A stretch of DNA of 63,867 nucleotides, filler included, from Chiloscyllium plagiosum (GCF_004010195.1; 3 parts of one record of this genome joined end to end with filler, not necessarily neighbours in it), one strand, 5' to 3'; counted from the whole stretch's first letter, positions 25,201 to 37,999 are shown. Made by a program: numbers and translations. Notes: generated by a model not told the origin, from the sequence alone.

Positions 25201-25340
25201 CACTGCCGTTCACAATGGGATCAGCCAGCTCCCACATCATACAGCTACAGCACACCACCTGACCAGCCATCTCTGCTTAGTTAATTACTTTATACAAATT
25301 TATGAGTTAAATAATTTCTAGTACTTCTCTGTCATCTTAG
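22235..25340 (-). mobile_element. Near full-length CR1 LINE: ORF1 (CxxC/CxxC zinc finger, leucine zipper, SGNH esterase) and ORF2 with the endonuclease deleted
   Basis: ORF1 MAGQVVCCSCMMWE..ICSKC..LESELQTL..VVIGDSIIRG..VHVGTNNIG; ORF2 23074-23853 and 22285-23040 carry RT motifs ([32 protein letters not shown]); deletion junction near 24190. Confidence 0.93.
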
Positions 25341-25344
25341 TCAA

Positions 25345-25897
25345 CAAAGTCTTTTCCCTGGGGTGGGGGAGTCCAGAACTATGGGCATATGTTTAGGGTG
25401 AGAGGGGAAAGATATAAATGGGACCTAAGGGGCAACGTTTTCACACTGAGGGTGTTACATGTATGGAATGAGCTGCCAGAGGAAGTGACCGAGGCTGGTA
25501 CAGTGACAACATTTAAGAGGCGTTTGGATGGGTATATGAATAGCTTAAAAATGTGTTGCTGGAAAAGCGCAGCAGGTCAGGCAGCATCAAAGGAACAGGA
25601 GAATCGACATTTCAGGCATAAGCCCTTCCTGAAGAAGGGCTTATGCCCGAAATGTCAATTCTCCTGTTCCTTTGATGCTGCCTGACCTGCTGCGCTTTTC
25701 CAGCAACACATTTTTTAAGCTTTGATCTCCAGCATCTGCAGTCCTCACTTTCTCCTGGGTATATGAATAGGAAGGGTTTGGAGGGATATGGGCCGGGTGC
25801 TGGCAGGTGGGACTAGATTGGGTTGTGATATCTGGTCGGCATGGACAGGTAGGACTGAAGGGTCTGTTTCTGTGCTGTACATCTCTATGACTGTATG
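25345..25897 (+). mobile_element. CR1 3' end interrupted by a foldback insert
   Basis: FRVRGERYKWDLRGNVFT..WNELPEEV; TCTATGAC tail. Confidence 0.88.
25544..25755. mobile_element. Penelope-derived foldback mini-element with 15-bp TSD
   Basis: Inverted arms centred near 25630; TSD TGGGTATATGAATAG at 25529-25543 and 25756-25770. Confidence 0.88.
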
Positions 25898-26464
25898 TCA
25901 GGACTGATGTACAGGGAGAGACTGGGTCAGTTAGGATTATATAAGCTGGAATTCAGACGAATGGGGTAGGAGGGAAATCTCATAGAAAGTTATAAAGTTC
26001 TAACATGTTGTTCCCAATGACTGAGATGTTCAGACTAGAGATTATACTCGAAGGATGTGGGATATGCCTTCTAGGACAGAGATAAGGAGAGATGTCTTAC
26101 TCTGAGTGAGCCTATAGAATGCTCGGCTGCAGGAAACTTGAGGCCAGAAAAATTGAAGACTTTTAAGAAAAATGTAGATATTGTATTTAGGTCTAAAGAG
26201 ATCAACAGATATAGAGAAGAAGTGGGAGCAGGGAACTGAGTTAGAAGACCAGCCATGATTGTATTGAATGGAGCTTAACCAAATGCCTCTCTGGAAAAAA
26301 TGTTGCTCAGACATGATCTGCCCTTAACAAACCAGCACTTGACTGTTCTTGATTAATCCCTGCCTCCTTAAGGGTAAATGAATTTTGTCCCTCAGAATTG
26401 CTTTCAGTCGTTGTCCCAGCTGAAGTTAGACTGACTGACCTGTAGTTTCTTGGTTTACCTCTTA

Positions 26465-27704
26465 TGGAGTCACACGACACAGAAACAAACCCTTTGGTCG
26501 AACCAGTCAATGCCGAACATAATCCCAAACTAAACTGGTTCCACCTGCCTGCTCCTGTCCCATATCCTTCCAAAGCTTTCCTATTCATGTACCTGTCCAA
26601 ATGTCTTTTAAACATTGTAATTGTACCTACACCCAGCACTTCCCTAAGAAAGCTCATTCCCCATACAAACCACCCTCTGTGTAAAGAAATTGCCTCCCCT
26701 GTTTTTCTTTAAACCTCTCTCCTCTCATTTTAAAAACGTGTCTCCTAACCTTGAAATCTTCCATCCTCGGGAAAAGACAACTACCATTAACTCTATCTAT
26801 ACCTCGTTATTTTATAAACTTCTATCAGGTCGCCTCTCAACCTCCTACGCTCCAGTGAAAGAAGTCCCAGCTATCCAGCCTTTTTTTATAATTCAAACCC
26901 TCCATACCCAGCAACATCCTGGTAAATCTCTTCTGAATCTTCTCTAGCTTAATCATATCCTTCCTATAACTGGGCGACCAGAAGTGGACACAGTATTCCA
27001 GACGAGGCCTCACTAATGTCCTGCACCACCTCAACATGACGTCCCAATTCCTGTACTTAAAGGACTAAGCAATGAAGGCAAGTCTGCCCAAGCCTTTTTA
27101 ACCACCCTGTCTACATGTGATGCAAACTTCAAAGAGTTATGTACCTGAACTCCTTAGTCCCTCTGTCCTCCATCACTACCAGGGCCTTACCATTAATTGT
27201 ATAAGCCATATCCTTGTTTGTTGTACCAAAATGCAATACCTTGTATTTATCCAGATTGAACTCCCTCTGCCATTTTTCATGGCAGAGGGACCCATTTAAT
27301 CAAGACCCCTTTGTAATCTTAGAAAACCTTCTTCAATGTCCACAATGCCATTAATTTCGGTGTGGTCCGCAAACTTACTAAGCATGCCTTCTGTATTGCC
27401 ATCCGAATCATTTATATAAATGACTAATGCCAGAGGACCCAGAACCAACCCCTATGGAGTACCACTGGTTACAGGCCTCCAGTCTGAAAAACAACCCTCC
27501 ACCATTACACTCTCTCTCCTGCTGTTAAGCCAATTATGTATCCAATTGACAAGCTCACCCTGAGTCCCACGTGACCTAACTTTACTAATTAGTCTACCGA
27601 GCAGAAACTTGTCAAAGGCTTTACCAAAATCCAAATAAACAACATCTACAGTTCTGCTAACATTAGTCTTTTTGGTAACTTCCTCAAAAAACTCAATCAA
27701 GTTC
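26465..27704 (-). mobile_element. CR1 RT and 3' end, decayed
   Basis: [35 protein letters not shown]. Confidence 0.88.
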
Positions 27705-28474
27705 AAAGTTTGGGTGAAGATTTGTAGCTCGGGTGCTCGTTGTTGTGGTTCTGTTCGCCGAGCTGGGAATTTTTGTTGCAGACGTTTCGTCCCCTGTCTA
27801 GGTGACATCCTCAATGCTTGGGAGCCTCCTGTGAAGCGCTTCTGTGATCTTTCCTCCGGTGTTTATAGTGGCCTGTCCCTGCCGCTTCCGGTTGTCAGTT
27901 TCAGCTGTCCGCTGTAGTGGCCGGTACATTGGGTCCAGGTCGATGTGTTTGTTGATGGAGTTTGTGGATGAGTGCCATGCTTCTAGGAATTCCCTGGCTG
28001 TTCTTTGTTTGGCTTGCCCTATAATGGTAGTGTTGTCCCAGTCGAATTCATGTTGCTTGTCGTCTGCGTTGTGGCTACTAAGGATAACTGCACAAAACAC
28101 TATATAGGACAAACAGGAAGACAGCTAACGATCCGCATCCATGAACATCAACTAGCCACGAAACGACACGACCAGCTATCCTTAGTAGCCACACATGCAA
28201 ACGACAAGCAACATGAATTCGACTGGGACAACACTACTATCATAGGGCAAGCCAGACAGAGAACAGCCAGGGAATTCCTAGAAGCATGGCACTCATCCAC
28301 AAACTCCACCAACAAACACATCGACCTGGACCCAATATACCGGCCACTACAGCAGACAGCAGAAACTGACAACCGGAAGCGGCAGGGACAGGCCACTATA
28401 AATGCCGGAGGAAACACCACAGAAGCGCCTCACAGGAGGCCCCCAAGCACTGAGGATGTCACCTAGACAGGAGA
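27705..28474. mobile_element. Penelope-like element: inverted pair of GIY-YIG endonuclease 3' ends (minus 27705-28088, plus 28086-28474)
   Basis: CTKHYIGQTGRQLTIRIHEHQLA..HEFDWDNTTIIGQA..AREFLEAWHS on +, with its distal part duplicated on -; terminal hammerhead motif in both arms. Confidence 0.92.
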
Positions 28475-28574
28475 NNNNNNNNNNNNNNNNNNNNNNNNNN
28501 NNNNNNNNNNNNNNNNNNTTAATTAATTAANNNNNNNNNNNNNNNNNNNNNNNNNNNNNNNNNNNNNNNNNNNN
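28475..28574. other. Assembly linker: 44 N + TTAATTAATTAA + 44 N
   Basis: Exactly 100 bp; the 12-mer gives stop codons in all six frames; identical structure at 51862-51961. Confidence 0.97.
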
Positions 28575-29199
28575 ACCATACCAGGTAACATCCTGGTAAA
28601 CCTCCTCTGCACCCGTTCCAGTGCCTCCACATCCTTCCTATAGTATGGCGACCAAAACTGCACACAATACTCCAAATGCGGCCACACCAAAGTCTTATAC
28701 AACTGCAACATGATCTCAGGGCTCGGGTACTCAATTCCTCTACCAATCTTGTTGGATCCCTCCCCACCTGCCGCAGACCCAGACTAGCAGCGATGTCCTT
28801 TAGGACCCGACTAGCTTGATCAGTAATGCCTATTATTTATATATCACACCCAGAGTACATTCTGTGTCCTTGTCACCCTCAGTGCTTCCTCTGAGTGTTG
28901 TTCAACTTGGAGGGGTAATGATTCACCAGCCGAGGGAGGGCAGGACGTGGTAATCAGCAGGGGGTTTCCTTACCCGTGTTTCACCTGAAATAGTTGGGAT
29001 ACAGATCGATACCAACAACAAAATAAACAAAGGGATCATAGAATCCTACAAAGTAAAAACAGGCCATTCATCCCATCTTGTCCACACTGACCCTGCAAAG
29101 AATATCCCAGTCAGACCCATCCCTCTATCCTATCCCTGTAACCCCAAGCTGCACATCCCTGGGCACTATGGATAATTTAGCATGGCCAATCCACCTAAG

Positions 29200-30462
29200 G
29201 TCCTGAAAGCTGAATATAGGAAGTTAGAAGATAGAGTAAAATATAAGACTCCAATGTATTAATCTCAGGATTATACCCAGTGCCACGTGCAAGTGAGAAC
29301 AGGAGTAAGAGGAAAGGTCAGATGAATGTGTGGCTGGAGCAACGGTGTACCAGGGAGGGATTTAGATTCTTGAGGAATTGGGACCATATTTGGAGAAGCA
29401 GGGACCTGATGGGCAGAGCTGGGGTAAATATTTTCCGTAATCTTCTGCTAGTGCTGTTGGTGAGGTTTTAAACTGGTATGGCAGAGGATGGAAACCAAAG
29501 TGTCAACTTAGATTGGTCAGATTCAGATCAGGAAAATGACGACAGGGCATCAGTTTGTGATACAGTCAGCAACTCAGACAGGCAAAATAAACAAGGATTA
29601 AAATGCATCCAGGAATGGAAATTGACAGTATTTAGATGTTTACACTTCAATGCATGAAATATTACAAATAACACAGATGAACTAAGGTCAGAAATAGACA
29701 CATGGCTGCACAATGTAATCGCAGTAATGGATACCTGGCTAAGGTTGGCCGGGGGGGGGGAACTGGCAGTTCAATATCCCTGGATATAGTTTTCAGACAG
29801 GATTTAGCTGATGATAAAAAAGGTTGGCTGTGGGGGAGTGCAGCAGTATTGGTTAAAGAATCAATTACAGTTATGTGAAGGGATGATATACCAAACCAGA
29901 TAAAAAAAATGAGGCTTTACGGTTTGAGTTTTGGAATAGAGCAGGGGCAGAAGCACTACTAGAGACCCTGAAATAGTGAGAAGGAGATAGAAAAACAAAA
30001 ATGTAAACAAATTTCTGTCTGTGGGAAGAAGAGGGCAACAATGATCGGAGATTTTAACTATCCCAATATCAACTGGATTTCAAACAAAGGGCATTGAGGG
30101 TGAAGAGTTCATGTACTGTGTCTGGGAATTTTTTTTTAAACAATATGTGATAAGTCCAATGGAAGAGCACATAATTCTAGATTTAATTTTGGGAAATAAT
30201 GATGGACAAATGGGTAAAGTGACAATGAGTGACCATATCAGGGATAGTGACCACAATTCGGTTCGATTTAGTATCATTACAGAAAAGGACCAAGACAGAT
30301 CGGGAGTAAAGGTTTTCTCCTGGGAGAAGGAGAGTTTTACAAAACTGATAAGTGACCTGCCTGAGGTGGACTGGACAGGGCTGCGAAAGGATAAGAGTAA
30401 ACAACTGGGAGGAAGTAAAAAGTGAGATCCTCGGGAACAAAGCAGACATGCCCCCTCCAAAA
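29200..30462 (+). mobile_element. Old CR1: ORF1 esterase C-terminus and ORF2 endonuclease, heavily decayed
   Basis: ISGL.PVPRASENR..MNVWLEQ.C.REGFRFLRNWD; IGDFNYPNINW; ILDLILGN..SDHNSVRF. Confidence 0.82.
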
Positions 30463-30464
30463 GT

Positions 30465-31660
30465 CAAACACAGAACAGTACAGCACAGTGCAGGCCCTTC
30501 AGCCCTCAATGTTGTGCCGACCTTTTATCCTACTGTAAGATCAGACTAACCTACATACTCTTCAGTTTATTATCATCCATGGGCCTATCCAAGAGTCGCT
30601 TAAGTGTCCCTCATGACTCTACACCCACCGCTGGCAGTGCATTCCACACACCCCCCACTCTCTGTGTAGAGAACCTCCCTCTGACATCTCCCCTAAACCT
30701 TCCTCCAATCACATTAAAATTATGCCCCCTCGTGATTGCCATTTCCGCCCTGGGAAAATGTCTCTGACTATCCACAATATCTGTGCCTCTCACCATCTTG
30801 TACACCTCTATCGAGTCACCTCTCATCCTTCTTCGCTCCAATGAGAAAAGCCCTTTCCTCATAAGACATGCCCTCCAGTCCAGGCAGCATCCTGGGAAAT
30901 CTCCTCTGCACCCTCTCTTAAGCATCCACATCCTTCCTGTAACGAGGCGACTCGAACTGAACACAATATTCCATGTGTGGTCTAACCAAGGCTCTACAGA
31001 GCTATAACTTAACCTCGCAGCTCTTAAACTCAATCCCCCTGCTAATGAAAGCCAACACACCATACACCTTCTTAACAACCCTATCAACTTGGGTGGCAAC
31101 TTTGAGAGATCTACAGATATGGACCCCAAGATCCCTCTGTTCCTCCACACCACCAAGTATCCTGCCTTTAACCCTGTAATCTGCATTCAAATTTGACCTT
31201 CCAAATGAATCACTTCACACTTTTCCAGGTTGAACACCATGTGCCACTTCTCAGCCCAGCTCTGCTTCCTGTCAATGTCCTGTTGCAACCTACAACAGCC
31301 CTCCACATTATCCACAACTCCACCAACTTCCATATCATTGGCAAATGTACTAACCCACCCTTCCACTTCCTCAACCAAGTCATAAAAATCACAAAGAGCA
31401 GAGGTCCCAGAACAGATCCCTGTGGAACACCACTGGTCACCACGCTCCAGGCTGAATACTTTCCATCTGCTACCACCTCTGTCTTCTGTGGGCCAGCCAA
31501 TTCTGTATCCAAACAGCCAGATTTCCCTGTATCCCATGTCTCCTTACTTTCTGAATGAGCCTATCAAACACCTTGCTAAAATCCACATACACCACATCCA
31601 CTGCTCTACCTTCATCAGTGTGACATCCTCAAAGAATTCAATAAGGTTTGTGAGGCATGA
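30465..31660 (-). mobile_element. CR1 RT and 3' end
   Basis: [37 protein letters not shown]. Confidence 0.9.
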
Positions 31661-31662
31661 CC

Positions 31663-31975
31663 AGAAATGACAGCCAGACTACTAAGACCCCTCGGAATCC
31701 TAGTAGCACACAAATCCACCAACACTCTCAAAAAAAACTAACAAACTTAAAAGACCCAGTACAACCCATGGACAAAACCGATGTCATCTACAAAATTCCA
31801 TGCAAGGACTGCCACAAACACTACGTAGGACAAACAGGAAGAAAGTTAGCCACCAGGATACACGAACACCAGCTAGCCACAAAAAGACACGACCCTCTCT
31901 CCCTATGTTACCTAGCCAGGTAATGAAACATCTGGATATCAAACCTACAGCTCAGCGAGTAAACCTACAGGATGA
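31663..31975 (+). mobile_element. Penelope-like GIY-YIG fragment
   Basis: KDPVQPMDKTDVIYKIPCKDCHKHYVGQTGRKLATRIHEHQLA. Confidence 0.9.
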
Positions 31976-32281
31976 AACTGTGATCAGACACTGGAAAGGT
32001 CTCCGCTGGAATATTGTATGCAGTTCTGGTTACCACATTACAGGAAGGTCTGGAAGAGATTGGAGAAGATTTACTGGAATATTGCTGGGGTTGGAAGATT
32101 GTAGCTACAAGGAGAGATTGGAGAGGTTGGGGTTGTTTTCCTTGGAACAGAGAGGGCTCAGAGATAGAGACACAGTAGACAGGAGGAACCGGTTTCCCTT
32201 AGCAGAGAGTTTAAAGACCAGGGGTTATAGATTCAGGCTAAATGGCAGAAGAATTAGAGGGATGTGAGGAAAATATGTTTA

Positions 32282-32620
32282 ATAGAATAGAATCCCTACA
32301 GTGTGGAAACAGGCCCTTTGGCCCAAAACATTCACACCGACCCTCCGAAGAGTAACCCACCCAGACCCATTCCCCTACCGTATATACACCCCTGGCTAAT
32401 GCACCTAACCTACACATCTCTGAACACTATGGGCAATCTAGCATGACCAATCCGTCCTAACCTACAGGTCTTTAGATTGTGGGAGGAATCCAGAGCACCC
32501 AGAGGAAACCCACACCGACATGGGGAGAATGTGCAAACTCCACACAGACATTCGCCTGAGGTTGGAATCAAACCTGGGTCCCTGCTGCGCTGAGGCAGCA
32601 GTGCTAACCACTGGGCCACC
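32282..32620 (-). mobile_element. HE1-type tRNA-derived SINE
   Basis: Minus-strand head GTGGCCCAGTGGTTAGCACTGCTGCCTCAG..GGTTTGATTCC (A and B boxes); LINE-like tail GGGCCTGTTTCCACACTGTAGGGATTCTATTCTA. Confidence 0.9.
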
Positions 32621-35066
32621 AGAGGGTGGTGGGTGTCTGGAATTCACTGCCTGAGTTGATGGTGGAGGCAGAGACCCTAGACTCTTTTAAAATATCCTTG
32701 GACCTGCACCTTAAGTGCTGCAAGTCGCAGGGCTATGGACCGTGTGCAGAAAGATGGGATTAGAAAGGGAATCGGGTCAGCATGGACAGGATGGGTAAAA
32801 TGGCCTCCTTCTCTGCTTTATCATTTGGAGTCATTGTCATACAGCATAGGAGCAGACCCTTTGGGGGGAATTTATTTCATGTATTCAAGACGGGGTGTTT
32901 TTTTGAGACAATATGAAAGTAGTCTGACTTGGGAAGACGCTATGCTAGACCAGGTGTTGGGGAATAAGCTTGGCCAGATGATCAAAGTTTCAGTGGGGGA
33001 GCATTTTGGGAACAGTAATCATAATTCTTTAAGCTTTAAGTTACTTGTGGATAAGCATAAAAGCAGTCCTCAGATGAGCATACTATATTGGGGGAAGGCT
33101 AACTACTGCAATATTAGACAGGAAGCAGGGAATGTCGATGAAAGTAGCTGTTTGAGGGTTGATCTACATCTGGATTTGGGAATCTATTAACGATCAATTG
33201 ATTAGAGTTCAGGATCAGCATGTTCCTGTGAAAATGAAGGATAAGGATGGAAAGATTTGAGAACCTTGGATGATAGGAGACATTGAGAGCTCAGTCAAAA
33301 AGAAAGCATGCATAAGGTTTATGAAACTGAAGATAGACACAGCTCTTGAAGAATACAAAGACAGCAAGAGAGAACTTAAACAAGACATTAAGAGAGCTAA
33401 AAGGGACCATGAAATAACCTTGGCTAACAGGATTAAGGAAAATCCCAAGAGCATTTTACATATACATAAGGAGCAAGAGGGTAACTAGGGAAAGGGTAGG
33501 TCCACTCAAGGACAAAGAAAAGAATTTATGTGTTGACCATTAAGGTAGACGAGTCCCCATAACCTCATGGGATCTATCCCAGAATGGAGAGGGATGCAAG
33601 TGAGGAAATTTCTGGGGCCTTGTACAAAACCTTCAGTCTCTTTAGTTACAGAAGAGATCCCAGATGATTGGAGAATGGCCAACACTGTTCCTTTGTTAAA
33701 GAGCGAAACAAAGATAATTCAGGAAATTACGGGCCAATGAACCTTACATCAGTGCTAAGGAAATCACTGGAGAGGATTCTTAGGGATAGGACTTATTCAA
33801 ATTTGGAAAATGTGGACTTATTAATGATAGACAGCATGGTTTTGTAAGGGAAGGTTGTGTCTCTCAAACCTGATTGAGCTTTTTGAGGAAGTGAGAAAGG
33901 TGATTGATGAGGGAAGGGTGGTAGATGTTGCCTATACAGACAGAAGGTGAAGTCTCATGGGATCTACAGTGAGCTGGTAAGATCAGAACTTGGACACAGA
34001 GCTGGCTTGGTCAGAGAAGACAGAAAGTAACATGGAAGTTAGCTTGCTGAGCTGGAAGGTTTGTTTTCAGATGTTTTGTCACCATGACTAGTTAACACAA
34101 TCAGTGAGAGTCTCTGGTGAAACGCTGGTGTATGTCCCACCTCTCTATTCTGTTAGTTTTTTCAAGGGGAATAGAATAGGATCTAAATCGATCCAGATTT
34201 GAGAGTGTGGTGCTGGAAAAGCACAACAGATCAGGCAGCATCCGAGGAGCAGGAGAATCGACGTTTTGGGCAAAAGGATAGATGGTGTGGGAAATATAGG
34301 ACTGACATCAAACACCTCCGCCTCTGGGTTTACTTTCTCCATCAAGACTCCCGCTGACCTTCTGATGACCCCTTCGTCCGCCTCCAACGCACACCGTCCA
34401 CCATACACCCCACTGGACACTGGTCTGTTACCCGCCTTTGATCTCTTTATTTCCAACTGCTTGGCACATTGACTGCCTCAACTTGTATACCTCCCTCCCC
34501 TACTCCAACCTCTCACCCTCACAACATGCAGCCCTCCAATCCCTCTGCTCCATCCCTAACCTCACCATCAAACCCGCGGACAAGGTGGGGGGTGCAGTGG
34601 GAGTCTGGCACACTGACCTCTACACTGCTGAAGCCAAGCGCCAACTTGAAGACACCTCCTCCTACTGCCCCCTCGACCACGACCTCACCTCCCATCACCA
34701 AACCATCATCTCCCTGACCATCCACAACCTCAGCACCTCCGGGGATCTCCCATCCACAGCTTCCAATCTCGTAGTTCAGGAACCCTGCACCACCCTGTCC
34801 TATCGCCTCCCCAAGATTCACAAACCTGACTACCCTGGCTGACCCATCATCTCTGCCTGCTCCTGCCCTGTCATCTAAATTGATCCAGACAACTCAGGCC
34901 ACTTGGCATCATGGCAGCCCACAAATCTACCAACACATTTAAACAGTGACTAATGAACCTAAAGGATTCATTAGATACTACCAGCAAAACTAATGTCATT
35001 TACAAAATGTAATGGCCCAGTGGTATTATCGGTGGACTGTTAGTCCAGAGACCCGGATAACATGTA

Positions 35067-35355
35067 GGACAGCACAGTGGCTCAGTGGTTAGCACTGCTG
35101 CCTCACAGCGCCAGAAACCCAGGTTCGTTTCCAGACTAGGGCAACTGTCTGTGTTGAGTTTGCACATTCTCCATGAGTCTGCGTGGGTTTCCTCCCACAA
35201 TCCAAAGATGTGGCAATCCAGGTGAATTGCCCATAGTGTAAGGTGCATTAGCCAGGGATAAATATAGGTTAAGGTAGGTGAATGGGTCTGGGTGGGTTAC
35301 TCTTCAGAGGGTCGGTGTGGACTTGTTGGGCTGTAGGGAATCTAATCTAATCTAA
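35067..35355 (+). mobile_element. HE1-type SINE, preceded by a second tRNA-like SINE head at about 35014-35066
   Basis: GTGGCTCAGTGGTTAGCACTGCTGCCTCACAGCGCCAG..GGTTCGTTTCC; (TCTAA)n tail. Confidence 0.88.
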
Positions 35356-35702
35356 ACTGGAAAAAAACACTACACTGGACAAACTAGCCGGAAACTTGTC
35401 ACCAGGATACACGAACACTAATTGGCCACCAAAAGACATGACCCACTATCACTAGTTTCCACACATACAGACAAAGAAAGACGCCACTTTGACTGGGACA
35501 ACACACATCCTAGGACAGGCGAAACAAAGACATGCACGAGAATTCATAGAGGCATGACACTCTCACCAGAATTCCACCAATAAACACATCGATTTAGATC
35601 CTATCTACTTCCCTTTGAATAAAAAGAGAACTGGAAATGACATCACGCACCTTAAGAAACCAAGAAAAGGTGGGATACGCACCAGTGCTTCTCCGGAGAC
35701 TC

Positions 35703-35742
35703 TCACTGACGATGTTACTTAGTATAGTGACGAAATGTCTGA
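35703..35742 (+). ncRNA. Minimal type-I hammerhead ribozyme motif at a Penelope terminus
   Basis: UCA-CUGACGA-U-GUUACU[UAGUAU]AGUGAC-GAAA-UGUC-UGA: stem I UCA/UGA, 6-bp stem II, GUC cleavage triplet; stem III probably CpG-decayed from ACGU. Confidence 0.7.
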
Positions 35743-37999
35743 AAACAAACCTTTCAGCTCAGAGAGTGAATTTACAGACTTATCATCAACCTGAACTACA
35801 AACCTTCTCAAAAATTACTAACAAAGAGTGGAAGGGTGCTTTACTGACTAGAGATCTGTGACCAATGGTTTTCCTCAGGAATCTATAAATGATTTGAGGG
35901 AGTATGTAAATTGTCTGATGAGTACGTTTGTGCATGACATGATGATTGGGGGAGCTGTGGATAGTGAGGAGGATTGCCAAAGGATACAGCAGCATATAGA
36001 CAGGCTGGAGACATGGGGCAGAGAAATGGCAGGTGAAGGTTAATCCAGCCAAATGTGAGGTGATGCAATTTGGGAGATCTAATGCAGGAGGGAAGTATAC
36101 AATCAATGGCAGACCCTTAAGTAGCATCAACACACTGAGGGATGTCAGCAACACAAGTGGATAAATTGGCCAAGAAGTTACATGACATGCTTTGTTTTCA
36201 TTGGTTGGGACATGGAGTGCAATGGTTCTGGATTAGAGTGGTGCTGGAAAAGCACAGCAGTTCAGGCAGCATCTGATGAGCAGGAGAATCGACGGTTTGG
36301 GCAAAAGCCCTTCAGGAGTAGAGGCAGAGTGCCTGAAGGGTGGAGAGATAAATGAGAGGAGGGTCTTTGTTTGTCCTTGTTTTTGGGCACATTTGGAATA
36401 TTGTGTACAGTTCTGGTTACCACACTACCAGGAGGATGTGGAGGTTTTGGAGAGAGGACAGAACAGTTTAACAGGATGTTGCCTGGTTTGGAGGGTACTC
36501 GCTATGAGGCACAATTGGACAAACGCAACTTGTTTCCACTTGAACACTGAAGGGGGAGGGGTGGCCTGATAGAAGTTGACAAAATTATGAGAGGCATGGA
36601 TAGAATGGACAGTTGGAGTCTTTTTCCCAGATAAAAATGTCAGTTATTAGGAAACACAGGTTTAAGGTAAAAGGGGGAAGGTTTAAAGGAGATGTGAGAG
36701 GCAGGTTATTTACACAGAGGGTGGTATATGCCTGGAATGTGCTGCCAGAGGTGATGGTGGCAGATACAATAACAGTGTTTAAGAGGCACCTTGACAGACA
36801 TGTGAGTAAGCATTAGAAGCAAAAGGTTTTCAGATGAGAAAGGCATCATGGGTCAGCACAGTCTTGGTGGGCCGAACGGCTTGTTCCAATGCTGTGCTGT
36901 TCTTTGTTCTGTGAGATACACTTGTTGAATGACAACATTGTATTTGCCTTCCTAACTCCAGACTCAGCCTGCAAGTTTACCTTAAGAGAAACCTGGACTA
37001 GGACTCTCAAGTCCCTCTGCACTTCAGATTTAATCTTCTCCCTCCTTATTTCTTTTATTTTGCCCTCTGTTGGTCTTTGTAAGCTTCCCAATCCTCTGGT
37101 TTCCCACTGGCTTCTTCACCATCCTATCTACATGTGATGCAAACTCCAAAGAATTATGCACCTCCTAGGTCTCTCCTTTTTTTAAACAAAGCCCTACTTT
37201 TAATTGTATAAGTCTTATCTTTGTTTGCTTTTACAAAATGCAAAACTCACATGTATCCAAATTAAACTCCATCTGCCACTCCTCAGCCCATTGATCCAAT
37301 TGATTAAGATCCCTTTGTAATCTGAGGTAAACCTCTTTACTATCCACTCGACCAACATGAGCTACCAATGTTTACATCCTATGCCCCAAACTGATGAAAG
37401 TCAGCATAAGTCATATGTTTTCTTAATAGACCTAACCCTGAAGTTCAGGTGTTAGTCTTGTAAAGCTGCATTGCACTCCTCGAAGGCCAGGCCACCTTCC
37501 TGAGGTGTGGTGCCCAGATCTGCTGTCAATACTCCAAGCGGGGTGTAACCAGGGTTTTGTATAATGTCTACATCCCTTTAGATGTGAAAGCCGGCATTCC
37601 ATGAGCTTTCTTGACTAGTTTCTGATGTGTCTGTGGCATTTTGAAGAGCTGTGCGCCTGAACCCTCAGATCAGGTTGGACACGCCCAGTCTTTAACTTGG
37701 TGCCTTCTAAAAAAAACCCTCATCTACCATTTTCAGTCCAAAGTAGATAACCTCACACTTGCTTATATTAAAATTCTTCTGCGCTAGCTTTGCCCTTTAA
37801 CCCAAAGTGGTTGTAATTTTATGCTGTCATTAACATCCAATTTTGTGTTGACAGCAAATTTGGATATTTGACTTTTTATTCCGTTATCTAAATCATTATT
37901 GATTATTGTGAATAATCGAGGTACCAACACAGATCCCGAGGGGACACCATTAATCATGTCCTGCCAATGGGAGTAATTACCCATTACTCCAACTCTCTG

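Larger units (their letters stand above)
34035..35815. mobile_element. Penelope-like element with inverted termini, hosting a second Penelope family (RT fragment 34196-34870) and SINEs
   Basis: 34035-34195 is the reverse complement of parts of about 35585-35770. GIY-YIG KHYTGQTSRKLVTRIHEH at about 35365; Penelope RT motifs TIKPADK.G.V..W.TDLY and LPKIHKPDYPG at 34438-34842. Confidence 0.85.
32870..36915 (+). mobile_element. Old CR1 ORF2 split by a Penelope/SINE cluster (34035-35815) and a small Penelope insert (about 36225-36365)
   Basis: LDQVLGN..GEHFGNSNHN, AKRDHEITLANRIKENPK, then the RT remnant and LEYCVQFW, collinear across the inserts. Confidence 0.8.

Noticed and set aside
28519..28530. 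Palindromic TTAATTAATTAA as a biological site (also 51906-51917)
   Set aside because: It is centred in exactly 44+44 N both times; this is a six-frame-stop scaffolding linker.
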